Part shown: piece by piece, positions 38,891 to 52,284 of the stretch
How positions within the stretch are numbered: the first letter of the stretch is position 1
Layout: each line of letters starts with the position of its first letter
Assembly: GCA_051294905.1 (NCBI GenBank)
Contig: CM119384.1
Location: forward strand, 11,284,001-11,348,000
Source of the DNA: Botryllus schlosseri
Lineage: Eukaryota
Direction of reading: 5' to 3'
Length of the DNA stretch: 64,000 nt
The notes under the pieces: model-generated
What the model saw: the letters and a program-made list of their open reading frames with translations, nothing else
What the model was told of the DNA's origin: nothing
Databases searched by the model: none
Translations under genes and position numbers: made by a program

Positions 38891-41502
38891 CAGGGCTGTG
38901 GAGTCCGAGTTTGACTAATTTTCGCTTAATGGAGTCGGAGTTATTGAAAATGACCCTGATTCCGACTCCAACTTCTTTGTTATGAAAAAATTGCCGTCAA
39001 AGGTTAAGTTACTAATAATAACTAAAATAGTATTTTAATCATCAATCACTGTGTATTATTTATTAGTAACGATATAGATAGATAAAATCGGACATTATTT
39101 ACAAATAACAAGTCAGTTGCATAGAGGAAGAAAATCGCAATATATGCATCTGGACGATGTAGTCAGAAATTGGTGCAATTTTCGGAATTATACCATGATA
39201 CTGTGGCAGAGTAAATACATCGATCGTTTGGATTTGTAAAATTGACGGAAATATAACCAAACCTTGCTTCCCAATTGAAAAAAAATTAAAAATATTTGTA
39301 GTGTAGCTTAGCTTCTTGGGTCCAACAAATGATTGACAAATTCTCAAGTATTCAAGGACTAGGACTGGCAGTCTTGCTCAAGGGCATGTAGACTAGACGT
39401 ATGCTATTTCACTACTTCCTGAATTTCGTTTCTGACCAATGTTTATTAGTAGTGAGAGTGTGTTGTGTGTGCTTGTAATCAGTATAGCGTGTAATGAGAA
39501 AATTGGTAGGCTAAGTAACATCTCTGTATTATTTGCTGACTCATACACAACCATTGGCGTAGCCAGGGAGGGGCGAAAGGGGCGATCACCCTCCCCCCCA
39601 ATTTTTGGAAAATATTCGTAAAATCAATAAATATTACAGTATTTTATAGCAGATGAACGCAACCTCAAAATTTTCTTCGCGCTTCGCGCGATTTAAAGTC
39701 TATAGATGTCTTGATTTTATCGGTTTATCAGTAATACAGTTTAGCTGCATTCTCAATTAGAGAATACAACAGTACCGGTAGATACACTTGAATAGCCCGA
39801 GGTCGTTGGGTTGATTGAGTCTAGGGCAGTGGTTCTCAACCGTTTTGTCTTCGCGGACCCCTTTTGGGCCGTCAGGAACCCCCGACGTTTTAGATCAAAT
39901 TTAGCTCAATATTCGCACAATCATCATCTGTCTTGTGCAAATGATAACTGCCGGGCTAGTGATAAACAGCAACAAAATGACTTTTCTTTAAAATGAAATC
40001 CTATTCATGTAGAAATTGGGTTGACTTTTATTATTTCAAAGCGAATTTTGCAACTGCATTTCTTGAAATACGTGGTCGTGCCTTGAAAATCCGCATTATC
40101 GATTTGATATGAACGAATGCTGAAAATCCATTTAGGCCAGTGGTTCTCAATTTTTTAACACGTCCGCCCCCCTTTACAATAGTGAAAAATTTCGCGCCGC
40201 CTTATTGTCGTAACACAAAATGAAACCAGAATGCTAGCAAACCCTATGGATAGTTTGATTACATGGTTGGTTATGCTTGTTGATGAGAGAATTCTTCAAT
40301 ATGAAATTCGGGCTAAACACATAGCAACAACAACGAACTGCAGGTAAATCGCGCGAAGCGCGAAAATATTTTTCAGTTGACCACATCTTTTCCCCCTCCT
40401 TTAGGGGTGCGCCCCCGCAATTGGGCATGATCGCACCAATTATGGCACCAAGCATTTTTCGCACTTCGCGCGACTAGGCGAGAACAGCTGTCTCAGTGAA
40501 CGGCCCCTAATCTAGATGACAAGTTGCGGTAAACAGCTGATAGCATGAGGGGAGCGAAGCCCCCCAGAAGTTCGGCTTATCGTCATATGGGGGCCCAAGA
40601 CCAACGTTTGGGGGGCTGACGAAGTGCTGTTACGGCCCTGTATGAATATTGAACATGAACTTACAGTTCCAGTTGCATAATTGCGTGCCCCTGAATATTC
40701 GATGACACCACTTCTATCAGCCTTACCGGTAAATCTGATAATGAAAACGTATTTGCAATATGCAAGTAACAATATAATGAACCAATTTCATTCTTTAACC
40801 TTGAAAAATCTGCGCGCTTTGCGCGAAAGTGTTGACGCCTGAGATTTTTACAATCACCTTATTATAACATCACTTTATATCTGTGAGTGGAATATATGTA
40901 TAACGATCGCCCCGGATGTTGTGGTAATCATCCAATAAGGGCCCAAAACCATCGTTTTTTTCACCTATTTTTTCTTATCTTCAAGGGGGGTTCTTTTACG
41001 TCATCGAATTTTTCGCCCCCCCCTCCCCAAATATTTTTTCTGGCTACGCCCTTGTACACAACAGCTACACTTCGATTGTTTTATTTACATTTAATTATAC
41101 AGGGGTGGATATATGTCATGTTTGAATGATTCATACATATTATGACGTTAGAGAGACCATGTTATAAAAACATATGAAATATGGAAGAAGGAAGAATATT
41201 TAGAAAGGCATTCTTTCATGATAATTGCAGAGTGAATAATTCGAGCTGTGCCACAATGAAACAATTTTCCCCGTCATCGTTAATCATATGTTGGCATATG
41301 TTTAATGGTTATATGATAGCCATTTAAACGTCACTGTGGCATCTAATTTTCAAAGTAAACTGGTAATACTGTTGGAGTCTTAAGTTCTCTTAAGAAAATA
41401 GTCGGAGTCGGTACTCAGGAGTCGGAGTCGGTATATTCAAAATGTGTGGAGTCGGAGTCGTAGTTGGAGTCGGTGGTAAAATTTACCGACTCCACAGCCC
41501 TG
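38891..41502. mobile_element. Non-autonomous hAT-like element with GGAGTC subterminal repeats, hosting nested elements
   Basis: TIR CAGGGCTGTGGAGTC...GACTCCACAGCCCTG; GGAGTCGGAGTC arrays near the right end; probable TSD (A/G)TGACACA with an extra CAG at the left end. Confidence 0.78.
39552..41054. mobile_element. Nested hAT-like element (1,503 bp)
   Basis: Ends CATTGGCGTAGCCA...TGGCTACGCCCTTG; exact 8-bp TSD TACACAAC (39544-39551, 41055-41062); contains CAGTGGTTCTCAA MITE ends at 39827 and ~40139; decayed relatives at ~10960-11560. Confidence 0.82.
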
Positions 41503-41761
41503 GTGACACATACCGTCTTTATATCTTAGAACTAACATAAAACCAAGTTTGAAATGTTTACCTATAGGTCTAATAGTCAACATGCGTAATTCCATATACA
41601 ATATATATGCATCCGTAGCCTACATTAAATCAAACGGCAGAAACTGAAAGTATTTGGTGACTTGAAATTGAATCGATATCGGAAAATTTTAGATGACTTG
41701 ACTTGACTCGAGTTAAATTTTGTTATGACTTGGAAGTAGTGTCTCCATCGCAATAGCTCAC

Positions 41762-41932
41762 GAGTTCGGTATTGTGACGCAACCATGCCGTCTGGAAGCA
41801 GGTGAGAAGCAGCGCAAACCGCAAACCGATTGGACATTGTTGCGCAACCGATTGAGCATTCACCCTCTCACTCTCGTGCGCACTTGCTCCTGAGCTGCTC
41901 AGACGGCATGGTTGCGTCACAATACCAAACTC
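41762..41932. repeat. ~170-bp hairpin/MITE with 33-bp inverted arms
   Basis: GAGTTCGGTATTGTGACGCAACCATGCCGTCTG (41762-41794) versus its reverse complement at 41900-41932 (one mismatch); related sequence at ~52200-52270; no TSD seen. Confidence 0.65.
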
Positions 41933-42455
41933 CTTTACAATGCAACTTTCGAAGCTAATTTTGGGGGAGTTTCAGGACCGCGAGCAAAATAAAAATTATA
42001 TTTTCGTAATCAGTACATCGGTAGCTTTCGATGTATACCCGTTTTATCAAATTTAATGCTAGGTAAGCCCGTCAAAAATTACCGTAAAATCGCCTTTGAC
42101 CAAATGGACAGTGTGACGTAGTCCAATTTCAGTGAGCCATGAGATTTGCTCGTGTTCACACCATATAGGACACTATGGTGTGACAGGAAGCTAGCAAAGG
42201 CTAATGAAACAGTGGCGAGGGACCTCGATACCCACAGAGAGAGCTAGAGTGAGATGGGAACACCCATGAAAATCTTTTGGCTGCAGGTTGCATATGGTGG
42301 GAAATGACTGCTGTCAATAATGTTTTCGCACCCTTCAACTTTAATACAAACCAGTGTGACGGTTCGCACTTGTGAGAATGAAAAAAATGCAGTGCGAATG
42401 ACGAAGGTGGTGCGAATGAAAAATCCGGAGGAGTGCGAATGAAAATCGTGAATAG

Positions 42456-43377
42456 GGGTAGAGTGGGGTAAAACGCCCAGGTAAGGCACCCACCGACAGA
42501 ACAAAGCGAGCGTTAAGTGAACTTCAAGGGGTGGGGCGTTTCACCCCACGGGTGGGGTGGCCGTTTGGCCTCGACGTCGCCATGGTTTGTGGATCAGCTA
42601 ACAGGTGGTTATTGCGTGAATTCGTCTTCGGATTGTTGCTTAAATCCAACTGCACGCAGTGAAATCATAAATAGAACCTGAAAACTCTCTGTAGCATCCG
42701 TTAAATATCACATTTCACTTGGTTGTAAAAGGCTTTCTTTTCGTAAGAAAATGTGTAAAAGTAATAAATTCGCATAAAACGTCACAAATCTTCATTCGAG
42801 CGTGGAAATCAAAGTGACAGTTTCGTCTGACCATTAGGCGGTTTATACGATACTGAGTAGCCGTTTATGGGTTCATCAAGGATGCCTTCTCGGAGAACGC
42901 CATTTCTATCAAAATTGCGATTCATCTGGCGAATATAGGGTATCCCTCTGCCTAAACATGATACATTATAGGAACTTCCGACTGCGTTTTTTTTAGTTAT
43001 CATAGTCTGTTGGTATTTCTGGATGAAATTTGTATTCAAAAGATCCGGTACGCCTCAGCGGAGAAGATTGTATAGGGCTGTATGTATAGGGATTAAATAT
43101 ACCGGTTACTGAGTGGCATGTGGTATTTAGTTGGGTACAACGGGGTGAAAAGCCTATGGAGGCGTTTTTCTCCACCCATGCAGCAAAACATCAAATTGAT
43201 GGACATAAATGAATGATAAATTTAGACATGATAAATGATACTTGGACCTTCCACATGATCGTGGTATAATGGGAACGATATCTAACGCGAAAATTCCGAA
43301 ATCCAATCCGTTTGGACTAGTTTGGTGGATTTTATGACGTTTCCCGCTTAGGGTAGGCGCGTTGCACCACTCTACCC
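42456..43377. mobile_element. Non-autonomous TIR element (~920 bp), TA/TWA target
   Basis: Imperfect TIR GGGTAGAGTGGGGTAAAACGCC...GGCGCGTTGCACCACTCTACCC flanked by TAG/TAA; PIF/Harbinger or Tc1/mariner-pogo type, unresolved. Confidence 0.6.
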
Positions 43378-43576
43378 TAATTGTTAATTTTTCTTACGAG
43401 GAATAATTCAAATAAACCATAATAGGAAAATCAAGGGCAGTGTAACTGTTGTAGTTGAGACGCAATTGTATAACCTCGTTTAACTTTCGATGTACCACTA
43501 TAATCGTAGTTTCCACAAGCCGTAGTGAATTAATATTTTCGCACTATAAGCCTGGTTTGGAAGCTGGTGTAGTGAC

Positions 43577-45027
43577 CAGAGTTGGATCAATTACATTATT
43601 TCAGTTCAATTACAATTTCAATTACTTTCATGCATGTTTCAATTACATTACAATTACTCCATGCTAAAAATATCAAATTACAATTACAATTACAATTACT
43701 CCTTGCATGCTTCAATTACATTACAATTACAATTACAATTGCTGCTGTTGAACATGTAATTGAATAATCATAAATTCAACCGTGCTGCTTGACAACCGTA
43801 GCGTCGTAATAAACAACAATTCAAGTATTCATGTTTCATTCATGATACGCAAATACCCGTTTATGATTAAAAAGAAAAAACGTTTTCGAACTATTCCAGT
43901 ATGCAGTATGTCGTTGAAAGAAGTATTATAATATATGCACGTGTTGGATTTGCGTATATAGTATATAATTAAAGAAATAATATTATTTTTATCGAGGGAC
44001 GTAGGAATTAGGATAAGGAGTAAAAACAAAACCGTGCTTTGTCAGATAAGACGTTATATAATATCCAGTGGTATGGTTAGTTAGCCAGACGAAGTAACGA
44101 TGCAGCATCGTGATCTGAAATCGTATTGTAGATTGCCAACCCACGGATAGATTCGCAAGATGTGAGTCACGGATGAATGCACCGACAAACGTACTGCAGA
44201 GCCGGCTAAAAGCAGTAAACTTTGTAGTCCTAGAGCTGGCGATCCAAGCGTCCAAATTTGATGCATCTGGTCTTTATCGTAAGCTATTGATGCACTAATT
44301 CCGAAAATACAAATTAAAATCTCGTCAGGGTAAAGTAACTGCTCCACAATAGCCGTTTAAGGCCGACTGTTTTGAAAAGAGAGAGCGCCGCAGCAGCATG
44401 ACCACAACAATGACCAATTACGCCCAGCGATTGTTCAGAACAATACCGATTCCCAGACTTTCACGACTATTTTGGGATAGTACCATTGCCTGGAAATATA
44501 CTTTTATTGCGGAATCAGTGCGACACTAGCTTTCGATTAGGACCATACATATCAAATTTCGACGCTTGGATCGCCAGCTATGGGACTATCAATTCTGCTG
44601 CTTTTAGCCGGCTCAACAGTTCGCTTCTCGGCGTATTCAATCGTGAGTCACGTGTTGCGAATCCCTCCGTTGGTTAGTAATCTAATGATTGTATGCAATG
44701 GCAGCCGAGGTCAGCATAGCGGTAAAAATAAAAAACTTCGCCCGCAAGGGCGCAGTCAAGGGCTTCCGCGAATGGATCCACCAAATTCCTTGTCGACATT
44801 TAAAGAGAATGCATTATAAAGTCAATTATTTTATGTTGTGCTTGTCAGGTCTCAATAGCAATTTAATGTAATTGAAATTGTAATTGAGCAAAATTTTTGT
44901 CAAATTACAATTACAATTACAATTACACAAAATAAAAATCCTTCAATTACAATTACATCACAATTACATTGAAAAATGTAATTAATTACATTCAGCTCAA
45001 TTACAAATTACAATTGATCCAACTCTG
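43577..45027. mobile_element. Non-autonomous hAT-like element with CAATTA subterminal repeats
   Basis: TIR CAGAGTTGGATCAATT...AATTGATCCAACTCTG; exact 8-bp TSD GTAGTGAC (43569-43576, 45028-45035); CAATTA-type hexamer arrays near both ends. Confidence 0.9.
44129..44684. repeat. Diverged inverted repeat with ~144-bp arms inside the CAATTA element
   Basis: 44129-44272 is the approximate reverse complement of 44541-44684 (e.g. GCTGGCGATCCAAGCGTC / GACGCTTGGATCGCCAGC). Confidence 0.7.
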
Positions 45028-45341
45028 GTAGTGACAGACATACAGTATATCGGCCCGTCTGAGCCTGCGACAGGCTGGAAAAATCAAATTGACTTTCTGC
45101 TTTCTTTCGCTAAACAATCATCATATTTTCGTAATAACTGTTCGACTAGCGTGAGACATGAGGATAGTAGTACCATCATTATAGTCACATTTGCAAGTTA
45201 TTGCAACGCAAATCCGAAATATACGTTGTATTTTGGATAGGAGTGCAGAACAGATTTTAAGACCTGGCCATCCAAGCACTAGTAGACGTTCTTGTACAAA
45301 ACCCCACAACTAGTTTGGCCGATAAGGGTTTTAGTGAAATA

Positions 45342-46302
45342 GGGGAGATGTGGTACCGATGGATCACTGGGACCGAAAATACTTTGAAAATTCTCTATGA
45401 TAAAACCATGATTACACTCTGTGAACTTGTCTACAATTGCATGCTGGCAAAATCTTTCCTCACATACAAAAAAATTCGACGTGCGCGAGCTATGAGGTCT
45501 CTCACAGATGTTTTTTGTTTTGGGGGGTGTAAACTAAATTTATATCGACATACACATTTTTCTTTGTAACCTTCAACACGAACAAACCAGCAATCATTTT
45601 TATTGTGAAGTGTAGGGCTTGTTTCAGGCTATATAATGACACCTATTATTTTTTCAGTACTTCCCTTGAGTGGAATTTTTTTCGATTCGTATATAAAATT
45701 CGTAGGGTGGGGACCGATGATACAATAGCCAAATCAAGCAAAATAATCAAGCATACTAATCATGAAACAAATGAAACATGCCTACGTACAGAAAATCTTT
45801 ATGTAATAATTGCATATGATGTTTTATCGCTATAACAAGGTATTTGGAAGTCACACTGTCGATTTTCGGGCAATATGTATGTACCCTCAAATTTATAAGT
45901 GAGGGCCTAAATCGAAACGTGATTTTATGACAACATTTGAGTTAACATTTATTATATTTTTTGACGGTTGCGATCAAGCATTCTTCTGCGGCTTGCTGTA
46001 GCTTAGATTATAATATTGAGCAAGAAAAGTTGTCACATCTGAGTTTTTTAGGGTATATGTGTCATAGGTCCCCGGGTCGTGTGCCATTGGACCCACCGGG
46101 TGGGGACCGATGACACGTTCGAGCAACAAATTTTGAACGTCCATAAATATTTTTTGAGAAGACGGATATTCATGTATATGTGCGCGATAGGTAGAGCTTG
46201 TATCAAAGTGCTGAGCAAGCAAAAGATCTGCTGTTTTCGGCTGAACATTTCGGGGCCAGCGACCATTTTCCAATTTTTGATCCATCGGTACCACATCTCC
46301 CC
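45342..46302. mobile_element. Non-autonomous TIR element (~960 bp), copy 2
   Basis: TIR GGGGAGATGTGGTACCGATGGATCA at both ends, flanked by TA on both sides; reverse-orientation copy of 9776-10739. Confidence 0.85.
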
Positions 46303-47434
46303 TAGTTGAAATCGAAACGAACGAAATAAGTTTGCCCTTTCAATGAGACACTTGATAGCTTAAGCTACAGCAGCCAATTTCTCGCACATCTGAAGAAAAT
46401 GTTGTTAAATACCTTCATATTCTTTTTGTGTAAGAATTTTCTGTTAGTTTGCACAAATGAAATTTATTTTAGAAAACAAGTGCGAATGGAGCTCAAAAAG
46501 GTTGAAAAGCACTGATACAGACCATATCAGATTTATAGGGTACGCATTGCCCCTGTGCTGAACAGAGTAAAACGGGTTCCCAATGTGATATCGCCCCCCC
46601 CTCCCTCAGTGGGCGATTTTGAGAAACAAGGGGCGAAAATGTTAAAACCTCCAGTGAGATAGGCTATGCTCAATTAACACGGCAAAAAATGCACCTGAAG
46701 ACGGATCATTCTGCATGAAGCGAAAGTTGACTGAAAAAGGTCAACCCAGCGGGAAGTAGTAGGACGGAGCATGGACCGGAGCCAGATTGAATATCCGGCC
46801 GGATTTTCTCATTTCTGACCGGAGCCGGCTCGGATACGGATCAGTACTTTATACAAAGATTATGAACATCGTGGTGTCCTATATGGTGTGGAGTGTGGAC
46901 GCAAGCAAATCTCACGGCTCACTGCGATTGGTCTACTCAGGGGTGGGCAATTATTTTCTTTCGCGGGCCAAATGAGAAGTGGAAAATACGTTGGCGGGAC
47001 GAGTGAAAAACTTTAGCTTTATTCTCCAGCGTATTTTATTGTCATTTCTAAATTACATTATTAATGTGTGAATGTGTTCATATTAGGCAATGAGAAAGTG
47101 TCGGTTGATTAAAAAAAATATATATTTGCCTTCATGATTCGAAACAACGTTAAACATGATATACTTATGACTCTCTTTAAACGTGACTCTCCACGTTCTT
47201 CTATCAAGACTCTAAAACAGTGGTTCTCAAGCATTGTAGGCACGCCTTCCTTTATGGTAGTGAACAATTTCGCACCCCCCCCCCCCCCCTATTGTGATAT
47301 CACAAAATATTAAGAAGTGCAACCAGAATACTAGCAATCCCAACGGATAGTTTGATGGCTGTTGACGGATGGTTATGACTGTTGATGAGAGAATTCTCAA
47401 ATATCAAAAGTAGGACAATACACATACCAATAAC

Positions 47435-48692
47435 CAGAGGTGGTCAAAGTAGTCAAGAAAGCTACTCAAGTAGAAGTAGAAGTAGTGACGAAAAAATCTA
47501 CTCAAGTACGAGTAGAAGTACTTCTTACATAAGCAACCTAAAACTACTTGAAGTAGAAGTAGAATTTACTGACTTTAAATCTACTCAAGTAAGTAGGTAG
47601 TTGTGAAAACGACAGCAAATGGAGCTATGCCGAATGTGTAGAGAGCTTGATTCATATTGATGCATCCCAGGAGGTATCAATTTTTGACAAAATAAGCAGT
47701 CGTTCACATCATAGGATGTGAATGATAGTATTGATATGGAAATGGGATACTAATCCTTTGTTTACTCGAACACCCCGTTTTAGAGAATATCATGTCATGG
47801 TGCCCTCCCCCATATTATAAGTCCCCTGGTTCAGTCGAAGAGCAATACGGAGAAGTTGTGTCGGATACGACTTTGCCACTTTGCGCGATTAGTATACGTT
47901 AATTAAAAATATGGCAGTTCGTAAAAATGCCTTGTAGCGTATAGCTTGATTTTCGGAAAATATAAGGCATTACTACACTTTCTTTTATACTTCAACATGT
48001 ATGTTCTCCAGACAAAAGAACTGGAACTATAATTAGAACTCAACGTATAATCCTAGTAATTGATAGAAAAATACAAATACTACTTCTAAAAAGCGGAAAA
48101 TCTATTTCATGTCTTTAGTCCAGAAAGTTTCAACGGTGGTCTACTAAAACAGGTCTGACGTTAAAAGAAACTCAAAGTTCACTTTTCCAGGTTAGGACAC
48201 GTCATGGGCTGCTAGGTATAATATGTAATTGCTAGATTGCGAAACGGTAGTTTCAAACGTTATGGGGGCTATTCTTACTGTGATGAAATATTTGATATAG
48301 GTGACAATGCGAAGTAAACGGAACCACGCAACCCGGTATCTAAATTATATTCAGCGATACTTTCGTTAAAACATGTTTGTCACACCATATTGACTGTGCG
48401 CGAAGCGCAACGAAATTTCTGGGTAACATGAGTTTTCTGAAAATTAAATGTTGGTACTCCGTGAAAACAGCCCCGAAATTCCTTAGACTATCTTTCTTAT
48501 TGGGGGATTAAACTACTTCTACTTGACAAACTGAAAATAGCGGAAAGTAAGTAAGTAGTTCACAAAATATTACGGAGTAGAAGTAGAAGTAGCGAAGAAA
48601 AAAAAAGATCTACTTGAGTAAGTACCAGAAGTAGAGGAAAACTACTTGAGTACTTCGAAAAAGTAGAAGTACTTCGTTACTGACCTCCTCTG
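47435..48692. mobile_element. Non-autonomous hAT-like element with AAGTAG repeats, copy 2
   Basis: TIR CAGAGGTGGTCA...TGACCTCCTCTG; exact TSD CCAATAAC (47427-47434, 48693-48700); inserted into a CAGTGGTTCTCAA-family MITE (~47218-48805). Confidence 0.9.
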
Positions 48693-49428
48693 CCAATAAC
48701 TATAATCAGGGGGCAAATCGCGCGAAGCTCAATAAAAGATTTCATTAAACTTCTGCTTCGCCCCGCCCCTACTGATGCTTTCACGCCCCAGTTCGAGAAC
48801 CACGGTACTGGCATGTATATGCAGTAGTACAAAGCTTAGTTTCTTGGTCGCTGCCTTCTAAGCAGTGTACAGCTTTAATGGCCTTGATTTTGAGGGAAGC
48901 TTGCAGTTTTTCTGAGCTTCGCCCTCACTGGACGGAGTGTTTCGTGTTTTTGTCATATGACCGATTTTGACTAAAATCCTTACGACATGCTCGGCAAAAA
49001 CTAAATGGACGGGTTTACCCCTGATTCCAGTATACAAATGTTCATAGTGGTCTTAAGTCTAAACCTTCTTTGAATTTTAGTTTTCGGCTTTCTTTTTTTG
49101 GCATGCTTGCTATGGGTGATAGATATGATGAGTCATATAGTAATCGCGAGCACTGATTGAATTGTTTTAAGAATTGGGGATTTGGAAACGTATCACGTAA
49201 CAATTTGAAGCAAATCCTGTACAATGCGTAATGGCACAATGGCAACAAAGAAGGTTTGAACTAAATTATATGGAATTAGTGATTTCGTGGTACTTTAATT
49301 GCTACTCATACTTTGCCACATTGCCTTTATTTGGAACCTGGATTACGCATGCGAGGTACGTAGGCAGCGTCATCGTGTAATATCAATGAACAGGCTTCAA
49401 AATTAACGAATTACCGGTTCGGTTGATA

Positions 49429-49483
49429 CAGGGATATCTAGAACTCCTATCTATCTAGAACTCTAGAGTTCTAGATATCCCTG
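49429..49483. mobile_element. 55-bp miniature hAT-like element
   Basis: Perfect 18-bp TIR CAGGGATATCTAGAACTC, 19-bp core, exact TSD GGTTGATA (49421-49428, 49484-49491). Confidence 0.85.
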
Positions 49484-49633
49484 GGTTGATACAGCCTATG
49501 GCTTTAGCCATTCAAAAAGCAAGTTTTATGTTTTTAATTCCAAGCAACCTTTCTTGGGCCGCACAGAATAGCTTCGCGGACCGCATTTGGCCCACGGCAC
49601 GCACTTTGCGTCACACCTTCCATTTGGCTAAAG

Positions 49634-50897
49634 CAGGGATGGGCAAACTACGGCCCGTGACAACATTCTGTGCGGCCCACGAAAGACCAAATAAAGTGAT
49701 AAAACATATTAATAAAATACATTGTCAAAATTAAATTACTGCAGCGACTTGATATGAAGCTTTCTCTTAATATATTTCACAATGATTTTGATAGACAATA
49801 GTCTTATTATGGTATTTCTTTCTTTACTTGCCAGCGTAATACCCGACCTCGGAACCTATACGAACTGAGAAAAGTTTTTGCTGCTAAACATCCCAGAAAG
49901 TCAAAGCCGAAATGACTAAATTCGGATCATGTGCGTGGGGTTTTGAATTGGCAACTCCAACAAATTTAATACTATCGGCGCTGTACTTGAAAACACCAGT
50001 TCGTGCGTGTTTTAGGTATAGGCATATGCGTACTGTACAAGTGCAGTCAGGTGGGTGTCTGATCTTAAGACTACTCGTAGTCGTTTCGGCATCTTATCAT
50101 TCATTGCATTGCAGTCTTGTGATGTTTTGAAGTGATGACATTTTATGAATAAACTTGAACTTGAAGTTAGATACCAACTCATTCACAAACTTCGGTCCAT
50201 AAAAATACGAAAAATCCATATGAATGCTTCGCTTTTATTAAAGAATCGTCTAAGAAGTATTTCTGTTTCGGCTTCGGGGTTAATGCAACAAGTACGACTG
50301 ATATATAATGAATCTGTTGCCGCAATATAAACACACCACTTTGAACCGAACATCCTTATCATATATATAGGCACAAATTATCAAATTATGATTCGCTGAA
50401 TAGAGCAACCGAATTATAAAATGTTTGAGACAACAATAAGGTATGTTGCTGTCGTCGAAAGAATGTGAAGAAGGTAAGTGTACACAGCAACACAGTAAGG
50501 CATATGGTGAGGCGTATTTAAAGGTAACGTGATCATGATTCTGTCGGTATTGTGCATCCTGTATAAGTAACGCTGTTGTTCATAAATTGACATATCCGCC
50601 CGGTTCTAAGAATCGGCATACTTGACTTTCATGCCTTCGACAAACTTGTATGTTCTTGAGGATGACCAGCCACTGACCAGTTTATATATTCTCGTTAATG
50701 TTGCTTACGCGTGTGCAGTATCATTAAATCGGCGTTTGATTTCTTATATTATGCTTATTGTTCATCTCATTGGTCAGTAGACCCTATAATCAAATAAATG
50801 ATTTGTTTTCGCATATCCTAATTTTACTATGGTGCGGCCCGCGAACGGATTCGTATGTTGAATGCGGCCTTTGAGCTGAAAAGTTTGCCCACCCCTG
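49634..50897. mobile_element. hAT-type MITE (1,264 bp)
   Basis: CAGGGATGGGCAAAC...GTTTGCCCACCCCTG; exact TSD GGCTAAAG; contains a LINE 3'UTR fragment at ~50040-50140. Confidence 0.85.
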
Positions 50898-51024
50898 GGC
50901 TAAAGGCAATCTGACGATAATTTTTGACCGGCTTGCCGAGCAATAAATTTGATAAACGGGTATCAATCGAAAGCTGCCGCTGTACTACGAAAATATAAAT
51001 TTTATTCCGCTCATGGCCCTAGAA

Positions 51025-52149
51025 CAGGGGTGGGCCAACTACGGCCCGCAAACCGCATGCGGCCCGCGAGAGTCTAAAGAAACTTTTTAAAAATATTGAT
51101 AAAATGCGTAATAAAAATCGAATTATTGCAGGGACTTATGAAACTTTTTCTTAGTACATTTCACCATGATAATTCTGAGGCAGTGGTTCTCAAACTGGGG
51201 GGCGCGAAGCTGAGCTCAACATAAATATGTTTTTCGCGCTTCGCGCGATTTCCATCCCATTCTTGTTAATTGCTCTGCATTTAGTCTGAATTTCATATTT
51301 AAAAATCTCTCATCCACAGTCGTAACCTTCCATGTCATTAACTATCCGTTAGGTTTGCTAGCATCCTGGTTGCGTTTTGTGACATGAGGATAAGGGGGGG
51401 GGGGATCTTCCACCATCATAAGGAGGGGGGTGTCTTAAAAAATGTGAGAATCACTGTTCTAAGGTAAGTACTTCCTATATTATTTTTTAAGTTTAATTTC
51501 TGGCGCGGCAGCTCGATCTCAAGCCCCGCGCTGTTTGAAAGGTTTCTACTGCTAAACATCACAGAAATCCTAAACGAGATTGGCATAATTTGGATCACGA
51601 CTGTGATTTCAGATTGGCCACTCCAGTTTTAATTATCTCAGTGATGTGCTTATTAAAAACGATTCGCGCGTGTCTTAAGTTGATTCGTTCTCTGTATGCG
51701 TAGAATTAGGGTATTTATACTTTATCTACACATAGTAGAAGCGTGTTTGAAGCTTACATGGTTATGGTTATGGTGCTGTCAACATTGCGTGTCCTTGAAC
51801 TGAATCAAAAGTGGAATTGGTAATTCTATAAACAGATCGTTTTTCACGGATTTAAATTTCAATCCTGTTGTGAGAATCGGGAAAACCGACTTTCATTTCT
51901 ATAGTTTTGACAAATTGATTATTGAGGTCGACCAGCCTAGAAATTTCGTCACTGTATCTGACGCGTGTACGATATCATCAGAGCAATGCTTGATTTGTTT
52001 TAAATAAGCATATATCTTATCTCAATGTCCTCACTATATAATCAAATACCAATATTGCGTTTTGGTTTTCCCAATTTTATGTAGTGCGACCCGCGAATGG
52101 ATTCAGATGTTGAATGCGGCCCGCGAGCTCAAAAGTTTGCCCACCCCTG
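51025..52149. mobile_element. hAT-type MITE (1,125 bp) with nested MITE 51181-51456
   Basis: CAGGGGTGGGCCAAC...GTTTGCCCACCCCTG; exact TSD CCCTAGAA; the nested CAGTGGTTCTCAA...GAGAATCACTG element has TSD TTCTGAGG/TTCTAAGG. Confidence 0.88.
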
Positions 52150-52284
52150 CCCTAGAAGCACCACAATTAGCCTCGAACTTTTTATTGTTATGGAGATCGG
52201 CAGTGTGACGCAACAATGCTGTCCGGCTAAACGAGATCGCAACTCAGGAGCAAATGAACGGCTGCACGACTACAGTGTCCATAA

